From Octopus sinensis (lineage: Eukaryota), in NCBI RefSeq assembly GCF_006345805.1, contig NC_042998.1, forward strand, positions 96,472,001 to 96,536,000: 64,000 nt of DNA, written 5' to 3'. The position numbers and the translations under genes were made by a program. The notes under the pieces are model-generated. The model worked only from the letters and a program-made list of their open reading frames with translations. It was not told the DNA's origin and ran no database searches. Of the stretch, positions 63,791 to 64,000 are shown one piece after another. Each line of letters starts with the position of its first letter. Positions within the stretch are counted from its first letter, which is position 1.

Positions 63791-64000
63791 TAGGAAGGGT
63801 GTGTGCCGCTTGGAGCGGCCTTTCTGTTTGCTGCCCCCGGATCCCACAAAAAACACACTGCCTACAGCAGACTCAAAAGTGCCGCCCGGAGCGGACTGCC
63901 TCTACCGCCCCGCCCTAGCTACTTCATCACACAGCCACATCTTGGTTCTTTCATTTTGAATGTAGTATTCACTGATTCATCGTGTTACAATTCTAATAAC

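Overview
A 64-kb AT-rich eukaryotic window, most likely a cephalopod (Octopus-like) intron or intergenic region. The organism is inferred from the very high microsatellite density and the tRNA-derived SINE families. I can support no host protein-coding gene; most ORFs in the supplied track are microsatellite artefacts or transposon fragments. The window is a mosaic of mobile elements: four SINE families; CR1/L2-group, RTE-like and restriction-like-endonuclease (R4/Dong-type) LINE fragments; two Penelope-like elements (PLEs); Tc1 (DD34E), mariner, DD41D and hAT remnants; and four Helitrons. The most interesting signals are: (i) about 11 dispersed minimal type-I hammerhead-ribozyme motifs, mostly in short non-coding (TA)n-flanked units that look like non-autonomous Penelope derivatives (retrozyme-like), with one essentially intact copy at 16968-17030; (ii) a Helitron that captured a piggyBac transposase fragment and amplified part of it into a ~115-bp tandem array; (iii) a LINE and a SINE family sharing a 3' tail with a covarying hairpin; (iv) SINE-internal (TA)n tracts acting as landing pads for nested elements. 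Element boundaries were read by eye and are approximate unless termini are quoted.
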